A DNA stretch of 64,000 bases from Bacilli bacterium (GCA_024687185.1 JAILEX010000073.1:41-64040), one strand, 5' to 3'. Counted from the first letter of the stretch, positions 18,936 to 28,702 are shown. Program-made: numbers and translations. Notes: generated from the sequence alone by a model not told the origin.

Positions 18936-20317
18936 TCGGCAAGATTTTCGTTTCCTATCACCATGAATCCATCGATAAGGCGATGGAAATCGTCAATAAC
19001 CTGGAGGAGATGGGGTTAAAGTGCTGGATCGCCCCGCGCGACGTCGATTTCGACTACGCGGCCGATATCGTGGACGCGATTAGCAAAAGCAGCATCATGC
19101 TCGTCCTAATCGATAAGGGCGTCTTCGAATCGGTGCATGTCCTCAACGAACTGGAGCAGGCCTATAAGTACTATAAGGAAAACACCCTTACGATCATCCC
19201 GATTTTCCTAGAGGACGTAAGGCTTAACCCATCGATGGACTATTATCTCCACCGCATCCAGTCCCTCATGGCCTTCGATAAGGGGCTCGCCCCGCTTATC
19301 GTCGAGCTCCGCGACAAAATCGTCAAGGCGCAGGAGGCCATAGAAAAGGGCTTTGCCCCAAGAAACGATGGCTTACCCCCTCTATCAAGCGATGTCCCCG
19401 TTTCGGTATCCGCAACCCAGGTCATCTACCAGGCCCCGGGGGAATTTAGCCAAAGCGAAAGGCTTTCCAATCGCTACTACGACGTCGATGACAAATACGA
19501 AAAGCGTAGGCTAAAGGCCGAAGGCGAGGTACTCCGCCGCTTCGAAAAGGGCGTCTTCGACGATTTGAGCAAGGATAGGGAACACATGAACGGGCTCATC
19601 ACCTGCTGCATGTATTCCCACGCCATCATGGACAAACTGGATTTGGCGAAGTTCGATAAGATCCTTGGCTTTTGCTATAACGAAAAGGCGGTCTATGAGG
19701 CCAATTACGAATTCAAGAACGAAAACGTGAATTTCTATCATCTCGATATGGAAGACGACGAGATGGGGGAAAGGCTAATGGAATACATGGAGAAGATGGG
19801 GATAGAGAAATTCGATTACATCGATATCACCATGGGCTTCATCGACTGGAAGAACCCCTTTGGGGTCTTGCGTACCCTAAAGAAATACATGGCCAAGGAT
19901 TGCCGCATCTTCGTCCGCGACGTCGATGACGGCGTGGTTATGTATTATCCCGACAAGGACAGGAGCTTCCGCACCTTCAAGGGCTTCTATTCCCGCGACA
20001 CCTTGGCGGGATATCGCCATTCCGGGAGAAGGATCTATAGCTATTTCAAGAAGATCAAAGCCAAAAACATCGACCTAGTGCATTCTGGAATCGACGTTTC
20101 CGATATGACCGAAGAAGAGAAGGAGAAGATGTTCTTCGCCTACTTTGGCTTCATACCAAACGACTTCAAGATCCTTGCTAGACAAGAACCGGACAACAAG
20201 GAAATCGCCGAGATCAATGAGTGGCTTGAAGAGCATTACGATAACCTCGAGGAGGAGTTCATGGATGATTCCTTCTTCTTCAACGCGGGCTATTTCATCT
20301 ACGCCATACACATGTAA
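18932..20317 (+). CDS. TIR-domain protein with a degenerate class-I methyltransferase-like C-terminal domain
   Basis: 461 aa. The N-terminal ~130 aa match the bacterial TIR_2 pattern: IFVSYHHESIDKAMEIVNNLEEMGLKCWIAPRDV...SSIMLVLIDKGVFESVHVLNELEQA, including the conserved Glu position. The C-terminal ~280 aa have Rossmann-MTase-like strand/helix motifs (FDYIDITMGFIDW, LKKYMAKDCRIFVRDVDDG), but the Gly-rich SAM loop is replaced by GLITCCMYSH. Confidence 0.8.
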   Translation: MIGKIFVSYHHESIDKAMEIVNNLEEMGLKCWIAPRDVDFDYAADIVDAISKSSIMLVLIDKGVFESVHVLNELEQAYKYYKENTLTIIPIFLEDVRLNPSMDYYLHRIQSLMAFDKGLAPLIVELRDKIVKAQEAIEKGFAPRNDGLPPLSSDVPVSVSATQVIYQAPGEFSQSERLSNRYYDVDDKYEKRRLKAEGEVLRRFEKGVFDDLSKDREHMNGLITCCMYSHAIMDKLDLAKFDKILGFCYNEKAVYEANYEFKNENVNFYHLDMEDDEMGERLMEYMEKMGIEKFDYIDITMGFIDWKNPFGVLRTLKKYMAKDCRIFVRDVDDGVVMYYPDKDRSFRTFKGFYSRDTLAGYRHSGRRIYSYFKKIKAKNIDLVHSGIDVSDMTEEEKEKMFFAYFGFIPNDFKILARQEPDNKEIAEINEWLEEHYDNLEEEFMDDSFFFNAGYFIYAIHM

Positions 20318-20355
20318 AATAGTTACGTATCATCGTTTCGTTTAGGAGATAACGT

Positions 20356-22227
20356 ATGAAAGGAAATATCATTTTGCTTTCCCTGTTTTCCTCCTTCGCC
20401 TTATGCTCTTGCGGGGTTAACCCAACTAGGCTGGCAAGTAGCGGGGATATAAGCCAGGGAAGCACCTCGTCTACTAGCGCGTCTATTGGTAGCGAAGAGA
20501 AGGAGACCTACGATGGCATCAAGGTCTATTGCGATCCAAGCTGGAACAATATTTACGCCTGGGTTAGCGAAAACGGGAAGAACACCGAACTTTGCGGGGC
20601 TTGGCCTGGAACCTCATTGAAGGAAGCGGGGGAATGGAAATACTTCGAATTCCCCTCTAGGGACTATGTGAATCTGATCTTTAACAATTCCACTAACCAA
20701 ACCTCCGATTTAAGCCTCGCCGAAAAGGGCGTCTATTATTACCATGGCTCCTCTTGGTATGACCATAGGCCCGGGGGAGGGGAATCTAGCAGCTATGTCC
20801 CTGACGTTCCCTATCCCGATATCAGCGAAGACAATTACCGTACCTTCTATCAGCTCCTCGTCTATAGCTTCGCCGATGGCGATGGCGATGGCATAGGCGA
20901 CTTCAAGGGCATCATCGACCACCTGGATTACCTTAGCGATTTGGGCATCGGGGCCATTTGGCTTTCCCCCATCCAGCCTAGCGATAGCTACCATAGCTAT
21001 GACGCGACCGACTATTATTCGGTCAAATCTAGATATGAGGTCACCGTAAACGGGATCAAATACGATTTCGCCTCCCTTATCGAGGCGGCCCATAAGAAGG
21101 ACATTAAGATCATCATGGACATGGTCTTCAACCATACCTCCAAGAACCATACCTGGTATTCCTCCCATAGGGATTGGTATGGAAGCGACAACAAATTCGG
21201 CTTCCCCGAATTCGATTTCGACAAAACCGCGGTCAGGGAAGCGATAAAGGATGTTGGACGGTATTGGTTAGGCAAAGGCGTGGATGGCTTTAGGCTAGAC
21301 GCGGCCTATTGGGTCTATAATTCGGGGAGCGAACGCGATAAGAAAAACTTCTCGTGGTGGCAGGAATTCTCCTTAGCGATGAAGGAAAAGAAGGAAGAGT
21401 GCTACCTTATTGGGGAAGTATTGGATTCCAATCACGACCTAGCCTTCGACTATACCGCATGCGGGTTCGACTCGACCTTCGATTTCGAGGCGCCTAGGCA
21501 AACCTATGAGGCCTTTAACGGCAGGGCCAGCGGCTTTGCCTCTATGATAAAGGTCGACCAGGGGAAGATCGACGCGGTCAATCCTAGCGCCATCATGGCC
21601 AGGGCCTTAAGCAACCACGATATCGGCAGGTTCAGCCAAAGGCATGAGGAATCTAGCGACGCGCCCTATTTCATTGAGGCCCCTAACGTGCTTAAGATCG
21701 CCAACGCCCTAAATGCGCTTACCCCAGGCAACGCCTTTATCTATTATGGCGACGAATTGGGGCTAAAGGGGAGTTGCCCCCAAGGCTATACCGACATGAA
21801 TTACCGTACCCCCATGCCCTTTTCTAGCGGCAAGACGGATTCAAGCAAATACTTCGAGGGCTTCAAGGGGAATGGCGCGACAACTAGCGTCACCTTATCC
21901 GGGAATTCCATTTCCGCCGACCAAGCCGATCCCTATAGCGCATATAGCGTTTTGAAAAAGGCCATCGCGATAAAAAACAACAACGAAATCCTCCAAAAGG
22001 GCAGGGTCGAGGAATCTTCTAACCCAACTAGCGGCCTAATCGATTACAAGATTGCCCTAAAGGGGAAATCCGCCCATTTCTATTGCAACGCCAATAGCAA
22101 TGAAAGCATCCAAATCGAGGTGGCCGGAAGCTTAGAAGAAAGCATAGTCACGGGTTCGGAAAAGGTCACCTTGGCGAATAGGAAGCTGACCCTTCCCGCC
22201 TCTTCCATCGCCTTTATAGCGGAATAA
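20356..22227 (+). CDS. GH13 alpha-amylase family lipoprotein with an N-terminal starch-binding-like module
   Basis: 623 aa. Lipobox FALCSCG. CBM25/26-like segment (VYCDPSWNNIYAWV...CGAWPGTSL...LIFNNSTNQTSDL). GH13 regions DMVFNHTS, GFRLDAAYW, EVLD and LSNHD. Confidence 0.85.
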   Translation: MKGNIILLSLFSSFALCSCGVNPTRLASSGDISQGSTSSTSASIGSEEKETYDGIKVYCDPSWNNIYAWVSENGKNTELCGAWPGTSLKEAGEWKYFEFPSRDYVNLIFNNSTNQTSDLSLAEKGVYYYHGSSWYDHRPGGGESSSYVPDVPYPDISEDNYRTFYQLLVYSFADGDGDGIGDFKGIIDHLDYLSDLGIGAIWLSPIQPSDSYHSYDATDYYSVKSRYEVTVNGIKYDFASLIEAAHKKDIKIIMDMVFNHTSKNHTWYSSHRDWYGSDNKFGFPEFDFDKTAVREAIKDVGRYWLGKGVDGFRLDAAYWVYNSGSERDKKNFSWWQEFSLAMKEKKEECYLIGEVLDSNHDLAFDYTACGFDSTFDFEAPRQTYEAFNGRASGFASMIKVDQGKIDAVNPSAIMARALSNHDIGRFSQRHEESSDAPYFIEAPNVLKIANALNALTPGNAFIYYGDELGLKGSCPQGYTDMNYRTPMPFSSGKTDSSKYFEGFKGNGATTSVTLSGNSISADQADPYSAYSVLKKAIAIKNNNEILQKGRVEESSNPTSGLIDYKIALKGKSAHFYCNANSNESIQIEVAGSLEESIVTGSEKVTLANRKLTLPASSIAFIAE

Positions 22228-22372
22228 CCCCGCAAAACCCCATCGGAATTATTGGCATTGCCCTAAACGACGTAGGCGACTTTTTCTATTTTTACGCTAT
22301 AATGTCCTGGCGATTTTCTTAAAACCTTAAGAAAGCGATAACCAATAGATAATTGCAAGGAGAATTAAATAG

Positions 22373-24271
22373 ATGAGCGACATCAGAATCCAAGACGATC
22401 TTTATGAATACGTCAATCACGATTGGCTGGAGACCGCGGTCATCCCAGATGACAAACCCACCGTCGGCGGATTCGCCGATCTAGATACCGGCGTGGAAAA
22501 GATCCTAATGGGCGATATCAAGAAGATGGTCGAAATAGGAGACGTCCAAGATGAGGATATGGCCAACGTGGTCAAACTCTACAAGGTCTTGACCGACACC
22601 AAGAAAAGGAACCGCCAAGGCGCCAAACCCGCCCTCAAGGTTTTGAAAAGGGTAACCAAGCTCAAAAACGTCGCCGCGCTTAACCGTAACCTCAAGGACT
22701 TCGTCTTGGATGGCTTGCCCCTTCCCTTCTCCTTCTCCGTCGACGCCGACATGAAGGACACCACCAAGCACATGGTCAATATCCAAGGTCCTTCCACGAT
22801 CCTTCCCGATTCCTCTTACTATAAGGAGGAAAGGGCCCAGCAGAAGCAGATGATGATCGGCTTATGGACCAACATGACCAAAGCCGTCTTAGCCAAGGCG
22901 GGACTAGGGGAAGAAGAGATAAAGGCCTATGTCGAAGATACTCTGAAGTTCGACGAAATCATCGGCGGATTAGTCAAGTCGAGCGAGGAATGGGCCGATT
23001 ATCCCAAGGCCTATAACCCCATGAAGGTCGGCAGGGTCAATTCCCTATTGAAGCCCATCAAGTTCAAGAAGCTCCTTTCCGATATCTTCGGCTATGTGCC
23101 GGAGATGATCTGCGTTGGCGATCCTAGGTTCCTAAAGGGATTCTCCACTTTGTTCAACGAAGGCACCTTCGAAGCCTACAAGCATTGGGCCTTCGTCACC
23201 GAACTCCTTAGCGCCACATCCGTTTTGAGCGAGGAACTTCGCGATCTAGGCGGCACCTATCGCCGCGCCCTTTCCGGCATCGCCGCCGCCCCGACGCTAG
23301 AAAAATTCGCCTACCGCTATGTCTCTAGGGTCTACGCCGAGCCTTTGGGCCTATATTATGGGCGCAAATACTTTGGCGAAGAAGCCAAGGCAGACGTCGT
23401 TTCGATCGTTAGGGAAATCATCGAAACCTATAAGGGCAGGATCATGAAAAACGAGATCCTAAGCGAGGAAACCAGGGAAAAGGCGATCCTAAAGCTAAGC
23501 ACCATCGAAATCAAGATGGGCTATCCCGATAAGGTTGACCCCAAATTCAAGAAGATGCAGTTCGACGATTCCCTTAGCGCCTATGAGATCTCGCTCCATT
23601 TGGGCAGGATCCTTAGGGAGGATAACATGGAGGAACTAGGCAAGCCCGTCGACCGTACCAAGTGGCCCATGCCAGGGCATATGGTCAACGCCTGCTATAA
23701 CCCCTTCGCCAACGACATCACCTTCCCGGCCGCCATCTTACAGGCCCCCTTCTATAGCATCCATCAGAGCAGAAGCCAAAACCTCGGTGGCATCGGCGCG
23801 GTCATCGGACATGAAATCAGCCATGCCTTCGACAATAATGGCGCCCAATTCGACGAAAACGGCAACCTCAAGAACTGGTGGACCAAGGAAGACTTCAAGA
23901 AATTCGCCAAGAAGACCAAGGCCATGATCGACGAATTCGATGGTATCGAGCTCCCCTGGGGCAAGGTAAATGGCAAATTCGTCGTCAGCGAGAACATCGC
24001 CGATAACGGCGGTATGGGCGTAACCCTTGAGATGATGGCCAATTATGAAGAGGCCAACTACGAGGAATATTTCACCAACTGGGCCAAGGTCTGGTGCATG
24101 AAGGCCAAACCCCAATACCTCCAACTCCTCATCTCCGTCGACGTGCATGCCCCCGCCATCCTTAGGGCGAACATGCAGCCACGCAACTTCAACGCTTGGT
24201 ATGACACCTTCAAGGTCACCTCGAAGGATAAGATGTACCTTAAGCCCAATAAGCGCGTCTCCATTTGGTAA
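22373..24271 (+). CDS. pepO: M13 family metalloendopeptidase (PepO-like)
   Basis: 632 aa. Zinc motif HEISHAFD, second motif ENIADNGG, N-terminus IQDDLYEYVNHDWL and C-terminal W. Confidence 0.9.
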   Translation: MSDIRIQDDLYEYVNHDWLETAVIPDDKPTVGGFADLDTGVEKILMGDIKKMVEIGDVQDEDMANVVKLYKVLTDTKKRNRQGAKPALKVLKRVTKLKNVAALNRNLKDFVLDGLPLPFSFSVDADMKDTTKHMVNIQGPSTILPDSSYYKEERAQQKQMMIGLWTNMTKAVLAKAGLGEEEIKAYVEDTLKFDEIIGGLVKSSEEWADYPKAYNPMKVGRVNSLLKPIKFKKLLSDIFGYVPEMICVGDPRFLKGFSTLFNEGTFEAYKHWAFVTELLSATSVLSEELRDLGGTYRRALSGIAAAPTLEKFAYRYVSRVYAEPLGLYYGRKYFGEEAKADVVSIVREIIETYKGRIMKNEILSEETREKAILKLSTIEIKMGYPDKVDPKFKKMQFDDSLSAYEISLHLGRILREDNMEELGKPVDRTKWPMPGHMVNACYNPFANDITFPAAILQAPFYSIHQSRSQNLGGIGAVIGHEISHAFDNNGAQFDENGNLKNWWTKEDFKKFAKKTKAMIDEFDGIELPWGKVNGKFVVSENIADNGGMGVTLEMMANYEEANYEEYFTNWAKVWCMKAKPQYLQLLISVDVHAPAILRANMQPRNFNAWYDTFKVTSKDKMYLKPNKRVSIW

Positions 24272-24284
24272 TATAACCCAATCG

Positions 24285-24321
24285 AAAAAGTCGTCCGACC
24301 CATTTGATCGGACGACTTTTT
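24285..24321. terminator. Strong bidirectional terminator between pepO and the GH5 gene
   Basis: Perfect stem AAAAAGTCGTCCGA/TCGGACGACTTTTT with a 9-nt loop. A-run and T-run flanks serve both convergent genes. Confidence 0.8.
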
Positions 24322-24339
24322 ATATGCAAGGGGAACGCG

Positions 24340-26175
24340 TTATTTCCCGAAATGCTTCTTCAATACCTTATAGGTGAAGCCCGTCTCGTTATAGGTAAGC
24401 GAGGTGGTTTGATTAGAGAATAGAAGCAGGAGCTCTTCGTATTTCGCGTCCCTTAGGTCGAGTTTTAGGACCTTGTTTTTGAGGTTCATCTTGTTGATAT
24501 AGATGCCCCAGGAATTGTCCCACCAGCCGACGCAGGAGAGCTTATAGGTCCACATGGTCCAGGAATAGTTCCATTTTTCGAACTGGTCAAGCATCTTTAG
24601 CCAAGTGGCCTCGTCCTCGAAGAAATTGAATTCGCCGATATAGAAGGGGACCTCGTTATCGGCCTTGCTTAAGGCGATATTGACCATGTTCCAATATAGG
24701 TCGTCGCTGATGGCGCCATGGTTCCAGTTATAGAAATGGAATTCATAGACCACGTTTTCCCAAGAATAGGCCTTATGGTCTGGGAGGTTGGAAAAGTCCC
24801 ACACGCCCTCGAAGATCACGATATGGTCGGTATCGACTTCGCGGATCGCCTTATACATCTTGTCCATGACGTCCCATTGCTTTTTGAAGGAGCCGTTTTC
24901 CGCCTTCGGTCCTGGCTCATTCACCAAATCGAAACCGAATATCGTCGAATATAGGTCCGGCCTATCTTGCTTATAGTGACTTGCGATGCCCTTCCAAAGC
25001 GAGGCCATGTCCTTTTGGTAGTCTAGGTTATCCCAGAATTCGCATTTCCTAGAGCCGCTATGCTCATATCCGCTTTGCCCGCCTTCCACGCCATGCATGT
25101 CGAGCACGACCACCAAACCGTTTTCCTTGGCCATGTCCAGGAAGCGGTCAAGATAATAGAAGGCATTGGCTTTGAAGGTCAGCGCCCCGGGATTGCCTTC
25201 CATGAACAAGCCATAATACATCGGCAGCCTGATGCCATTCATCCCAAGGGATTTGATGTTAACGAAGTCGTCGCCAGTCGCATAGGTCTTATAGTAGGCG
25301 TCCCAAAGGGAGGCGATTTTGGTTTCGCTGAGGTTTGGGTTGTTCCTCATCGCCGCGATCATTTCCTCTTGGTACATCTCCTCGTATTCCTCGACGATGC
25401 CTTCCTCGTTTACCTTTTTATAGCTGCCGTCTTCGTTTTTTGCCTCACCCAAAGAGAAGGGGCTAAGCCAACCTTCCTGCATGAAATAGTTTCCGAAATT
25501 GACGCCTTTTAGGGTGAATAGGTCGCCATTAAGGTCATAGGTGCCCCTGCCTTTGGCGAAATAGGCCTTCCTGTTATTGCCGGGATCGACGTGGCTAGCG
25601 ACATCGTGATTGACGTTATTCCCGACTATGGACCCGACCCCGATCACGCCGAATAGGCTGATGACGACTATAAGAAGGCAGGCAAGCGAACCGAATAGCC
25701 CTTTCGTAAGGGGCTTTTTCCTTGCATAGAACCCAGGCTTTTCCTCCTTTTTGGATAGGTTTACCCCAACTATCCCCAAAACGGTTATGGCGAGTAAGGC
25801 ATGGGAAAGGATAATCGAAAGGAAGGCGAATATGCAGCCTAGTAGCGCAAAACCCATTAGGGGCAAGCCATCGGTCAGGGGCTTTGATTGCATGAGGAAG
25901 AAGGCAATCGAGACCAAAAACACGATTGGGGCATAGATATTGCTAATGGCCTTTTTCTTAATGCATAGGAATAGGGTGGCCAAAAACGCCAAAACCCCAT
26001 ATAGCAATAAGATCGTGTCTAGCGTCCCATAGGGGGTATCGAAGCGGAAGAAGGAGAGATAGGCGAACCCCAACATCCCCTTCATGCTCCCGATTCCAGG
26101 GAAGAAAGTGAGGAAGAAGCCAAACGAAGCGGTGAAAATAGTGGCGATCACCAACGCGGATTTTAGTTTTTTCAT
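24340..26175 (-). CDS. GH5 family glycoside hydrolase fused to an N-terminal polytopic membrane domain
   Basis: 611 aa. The first ~190 aa contain about 6 hydrophobic helices. The GH5-like catalytic region has VVLDMHGVEGGQSG, the acid/base context DLVNEP and the nucleophile context FYIGEFN. Confidence 0.75.
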   Translation of the reverse strand: MKKLKSALVIATIFTASFGFFLTFFPGIGSMKGMLGFAYLSFFRFDTPYGTLDTILLLYGVLAFLATLFLCIKKKAISNIYAPIVFLVSIAFFLMQSKPLTDGLPLMGFALLGCIFAFLSIILSHALLAITVLGIVGVNLSKKEEKPGFYARKKPLTKGLFGSLACLLIVVISLFGVIGVGSIVGNNVNHDVASHVDPGNNRKAYFAKGRGTYDLNGDLFTLKGVNFGNYFMQEGWLSPFSLGEAKNEDGSYKKVNEEGIVEEYEEMYQEEMIAAMRNNPNLSETKIASLWDAYYKTYATGDDFVNIKSLGMNGIRLPMYYGLFMEGNPGALTFKANAFYYLDRFLDMAKENGLVVVLDMHGVEGGQSGYEHSGSRKCEFWDNLDYQKDMASLWKGIASHYKQDRPDLYSTIFGFDLVNEPGPKAENGSFKKQWDVMDKMYKAIREVDTDHIVIFEGVWDFSNLPDHKAYSWENVVYEFHFYNWNHGAISDDLYWNMVNIALSKADNEVPFYIGEFNFFEDEATWLKMLDQFEKWNYSWTMWTYKLSCVGWWDNSWGIYINKMNLKNKVLKLDLRDAKYEELLLLFSNQTTSLTYNETGFTYKVLKKHFGK

Positions 26176-26182
26176 TTGCCTT

Positions 26183-26211
26183 ATTTTAGCCCTGCCTTTA
26201 GCGAAAGTTAA
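26183..26211 (-). promoter_or_regulatory. Candidate sigma-A promoter for the GH5 gene, possibly giving a leaderless mRNA
   Basis: On the - strand: TTAACT, 17 nt, TAAAAT, then only 7 nt (AAGGCAA) before the ATG. No properly spaced SD. Confidence 0.4.
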
Positions 26212-26224
26212 TCGCCTTTATATA

Positions 26225-26261
26225 GAAAAAAAGACACCGCAAGAAGATACAGGCGGTGTCT
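26225..26261 (-). terminator. Rho-independent terminator of the ytrA-like operon
   Basis: On the - strand: stem AGACACCGC/GCGGTGTCT with a 12-nt loop, followed by TTTTTTT. Confidence 0.8.
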
Positions 26262-26279
26262 ATTGGGGTTTGTGGGGGT

Positions 26280-27452
26280 TTATACGCCGATCGCGGTCGA
26301 GACAAGCATCAGGATGAGCCCGGTCCCGGCGACGCTAATAAAGGCGATTAGGTCGAATCTGCGCGGTTTAAACGACTTCCTTAGCAAGGATAACAAGGCG
26401 TAATAGATCGTCACGAAGAATAGGTATCCTCCCACGGAGAAGATGTTTAGCAATACCCCGCCAGAGCCATTGAAGTAGCCTAGTATCGATAGTAGTACCG
26501 CAATAAGCAAGGCGGCGATGTGGGGGAAGATGGAGATGGTCCAGTGGCGTGGGGTGGATTTCCCAGCGTATTCCCCGCTTGGGGAATCGGCGTACATCGT
26601 GTAGAGAAGGGCCAATAGGGAGAAGACGAAATGGAGGACCAAGACGATGATCATCAACTGAGGGAGATAGTTCACTTCCCAAACGTAATAGCCGATCGTT
26701 ATCGGGTTCATCATGAGCAGGAACACGCCCATGATGGATTGGATCGGGCCGAAGCCGATGAAGCAATATTGCATCAATTCCGTGCCGATGCCGAGGTCAT
26801 TGATTCGGTCTAATGCGACTAGGCTATAGGAATAGGGGGCGGCAAGGAATAGCGTGGTGACCACAGAACCCAAAACAAGATAGAAGATCTGGGTGATGAT
26901 GTTGTCGCCTAAGGAGACGAAGAAGCAGTTGATGAAATACTGGCCTCCCACCATAAGTAGGAGAAGGAGGTAGGTAAGGAAGATATAGCCGAAATTATAG
27001 TAGACCCTATAGGTGTAGATGGTATTGCCCGAATATTGGCTGATGTAGCTTTCCACTTCCGGGGTCGAAAAATAGCGAAGCGTCAAAAGCAGATACCCAA
27101 GGAGGAAGGCGATCGTCATCGAGGCCAAGACGATGATGAGCCCAATGGTGACCCTGACCCTGGATATGGTCTTTTTGTCGTGTCCCGCCTGATAGAAGCA
27201 ATCGACGGCCTGCAATGAGGTACGGTAGATATAGACGAATATCGGCATGACGAAGGTCGTAAGCATCGCGGGAATGGCCAAATAGAGCATGAAGATGGCC
27301 CTATAGCCCACCGAGGAGTTATAGTAGTCCGTCGTCGTGGTCATCCCCATCGCCTGGATGCTTGAGACGAAGAAAATCGAGATGACGGTGGTGAAGATAA
27401 GTAGTAGCGGCCACCACTTTTTGATGTGCCAAACGATGAGGCTTTTAAGCAT
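26280..27452 (-). CDS. ABC-2-type transporter permease (polytopic membrane protein)
   Basis: 390 aa, about 10 hydrophobic helices. The start overlaps the stop of the upstream ABC ATPase gene. Function is inferred from operon context only. Confidence 0.6.
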   Translation of the reverse strand: MLKSLIVWHIKKWWPLLLIFTTVISIFFVSSIQAMGMTTTTDYYNSSVGYRAIFMLYLAIPAMLTTFVMPIFVYIYRTSLQAVDCFYQAGHDKKTISRVRVTIGLIIVLASMTIAFLLGYLLLTLRYFSTPEVESYISQYSGNTIYTYRVYYNFGYIFLTYLLLLLMVGGQYFINCFFVSLGDNIITQIFYLVLGSVVTTLFLAAPYSYSLVALDRINDLGIGTELMQYCFIGFGPIQSIMGVFLLMMNPITIGYYVWEVNYLPQLMIIVLVLHFVFSLLALLYTMYADSPSGEYAGKSTPRHWTISIFPHIAALLIAVLLSILGYFNGSGGVLLNIFSVGGYLFFVTIYYALLSLLRKSFKPRRFDLIAFISVAGTGLILMLVSTAIGV

Positions 27453-28332
27453 GGCGGTCTCCTTTCTCCGCGAGCATCATCTCAAGGACGATGAGCTCGT
27501 CTGGGTCGATCGCGACCTTTTCTAGGAACAAAGGATGGAAGGCGCTTTCGAGTTTTTCCTCCACCCCTTGGGCGGAAATCAAGACGAAGTGGTAGACCGA
27601 GCCGATTCGCTTGAAGGAAACGACCTGGTAGCCCAAGGCGGTGAGGATCTCCTCATTGAATTCGCTTTTGAAGGCGGCTTGGTATTTCACGAATTCCGTG
27701 CCGATGTCCTCGCTCTTCCCGTCTTTGCTGATCTTGCCTTTATGGAGCAAGACGAAACGGTCCGCGAGTCGCTGCAGGACCGGCATGTTGTGGCTAGAGA
27801 TCAAAATGGTCTTGCCGGCTTCGCCCTCTTGGATGATCTCGCCCTTAATCTTTTCGACGACTAGGGGATCAAGGCCATCGAAGGCTTCGTCTAGAAGCAA
27901 GTATTGCGCGTCCATCGATAGGGCGAGGGCGATGAATACCTGCCTCCTCATGCCTTTGGAGAAATTGCTGATGGACTTCCTTTCGGGAAGGCCGAAGTTA
28001 CGGATGAGTTCGAGGAACCTATCCTTATTGAGGGGATGTAGCCCCTTATAGAAATCGATGATGTCGACCGGGGTCGCGCCATGGGGGGCGTAGGGGGTAT
28101 CGCTAAGGAAGAACAGGTTTAGCTTCGCTTCCTTGCTTCCGCTAGGATGGCCATCCACATAGACTTCCCCGCAGGTGGCCTCATAGATGCCGGCGATTGT
28201 GCGGAAAAGGGTAGACTTACCCGCTCCGTTTTCCCCGACGACGCCGGTGACGCCGGGCTGGAATTCCAAGGAAAAATTATCGACGGCATTCAAATCGCCA
28301 AACGACTTGGTGAGATTTCTGCACTCAATCAT
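27445..28332 (-). CDS. ABC transporter ATP-binding protein
   Basis: 295 aa. Walker A GENGAGKST, signature FSKGMRRQVFIALAL, Walker B LLLDEAFDGLD. Confidence 0.85.
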   Translation of the reverse strand: MIECRNLTKSFGDLNAVDNFSLEFQPGVTGVVGENGAGKSTLFRTIAGIYEATCGEVYVDGHPSGSKEAKLNLFFLSDTPYAPHGATPVDIIDFYKGLHPLNKDRFLELIRNFGLPERKSISNFSKGMRRQVFIALALSMDAQYLLLDEAFDGLDPLVVEKIKGEIIQEGEAGKTILISSHNMPVLQRLADRFVLLHKGKISKDGKSEDIGTEFVKYQAAFKSEFNEEILTALGYQVVSFKRIGSVYHFVLISAQGVEEKLESAFHPLFLEKVAIDPDELIVLEMMLAEKGDRHA

Positions 28333-28664
28333 TTTTCACCCTCCTTTATTTCCATTAGTTTATCCATGATCTCTTGCTTCGAATACCCTTTTCCTAATAG
28401 ATATAGCAGCGCTTGCGAAACCTCGTCCTCGACGCTGGGTTTTTCCGCCACGAAATACCCTTTCTTGGGGACGGCTATGACGATGCCTTTCTCCTCAAGT
28501 AGGCCATAGGCCTTCAAAACCGTATTGGGGTTGACCGCCTCCTGTAGGGCCACTTCCCTTACGGAAGGCAAAGGGGAACCGGGGGTATAGACCCCCTTGC
28601 CGATCATCTCTAGGAAGAAGTCGGCGATCTGTTCGAACAAAGGTTTTTTCGATTGGAGTATCAT
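28329..28664 (-). CDS. GntR family (YtrA subfamily) transcriptional regulator
   Basis: 111 aa. wHTH region LPSVREVALQEAVNPNTVLKAYGLLEEKG. The short C-terminal domain and the downstream ABC genes are typical of YtrA-type operons. Confidence 0.85.
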   Translation of the reverse strand: MILQSKKPLFEQIADFFLEMIGKGVYTPGSPLPSVREVALQEAVNPNTVLKAYGLLEEKGIVIAVPKKGYFVAEKPSVEDEVSQALLYLLGKGYSKQEIMDKLMEIKEGEK

Positions 28665-28673
28665 GCTGTCTTA

Positions 28674-28702
28674 ACTGTATTACTCAATACTACAGATGTC
28701 AA
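28674..28702 (-). promoter_or_regulatory. Promoter with an overlapping imperfect palindromic operator for the ytrA-like operon
   Basis: On the - strand: TTGACA (28697-28702), 17 nt, TACAGT (28674-28679). The imperfect 21-bp palindrome CTGTAGTATTGAGTAATACAG (28675-28695) spans the spacer and -10 region. Confidence 0.5.
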
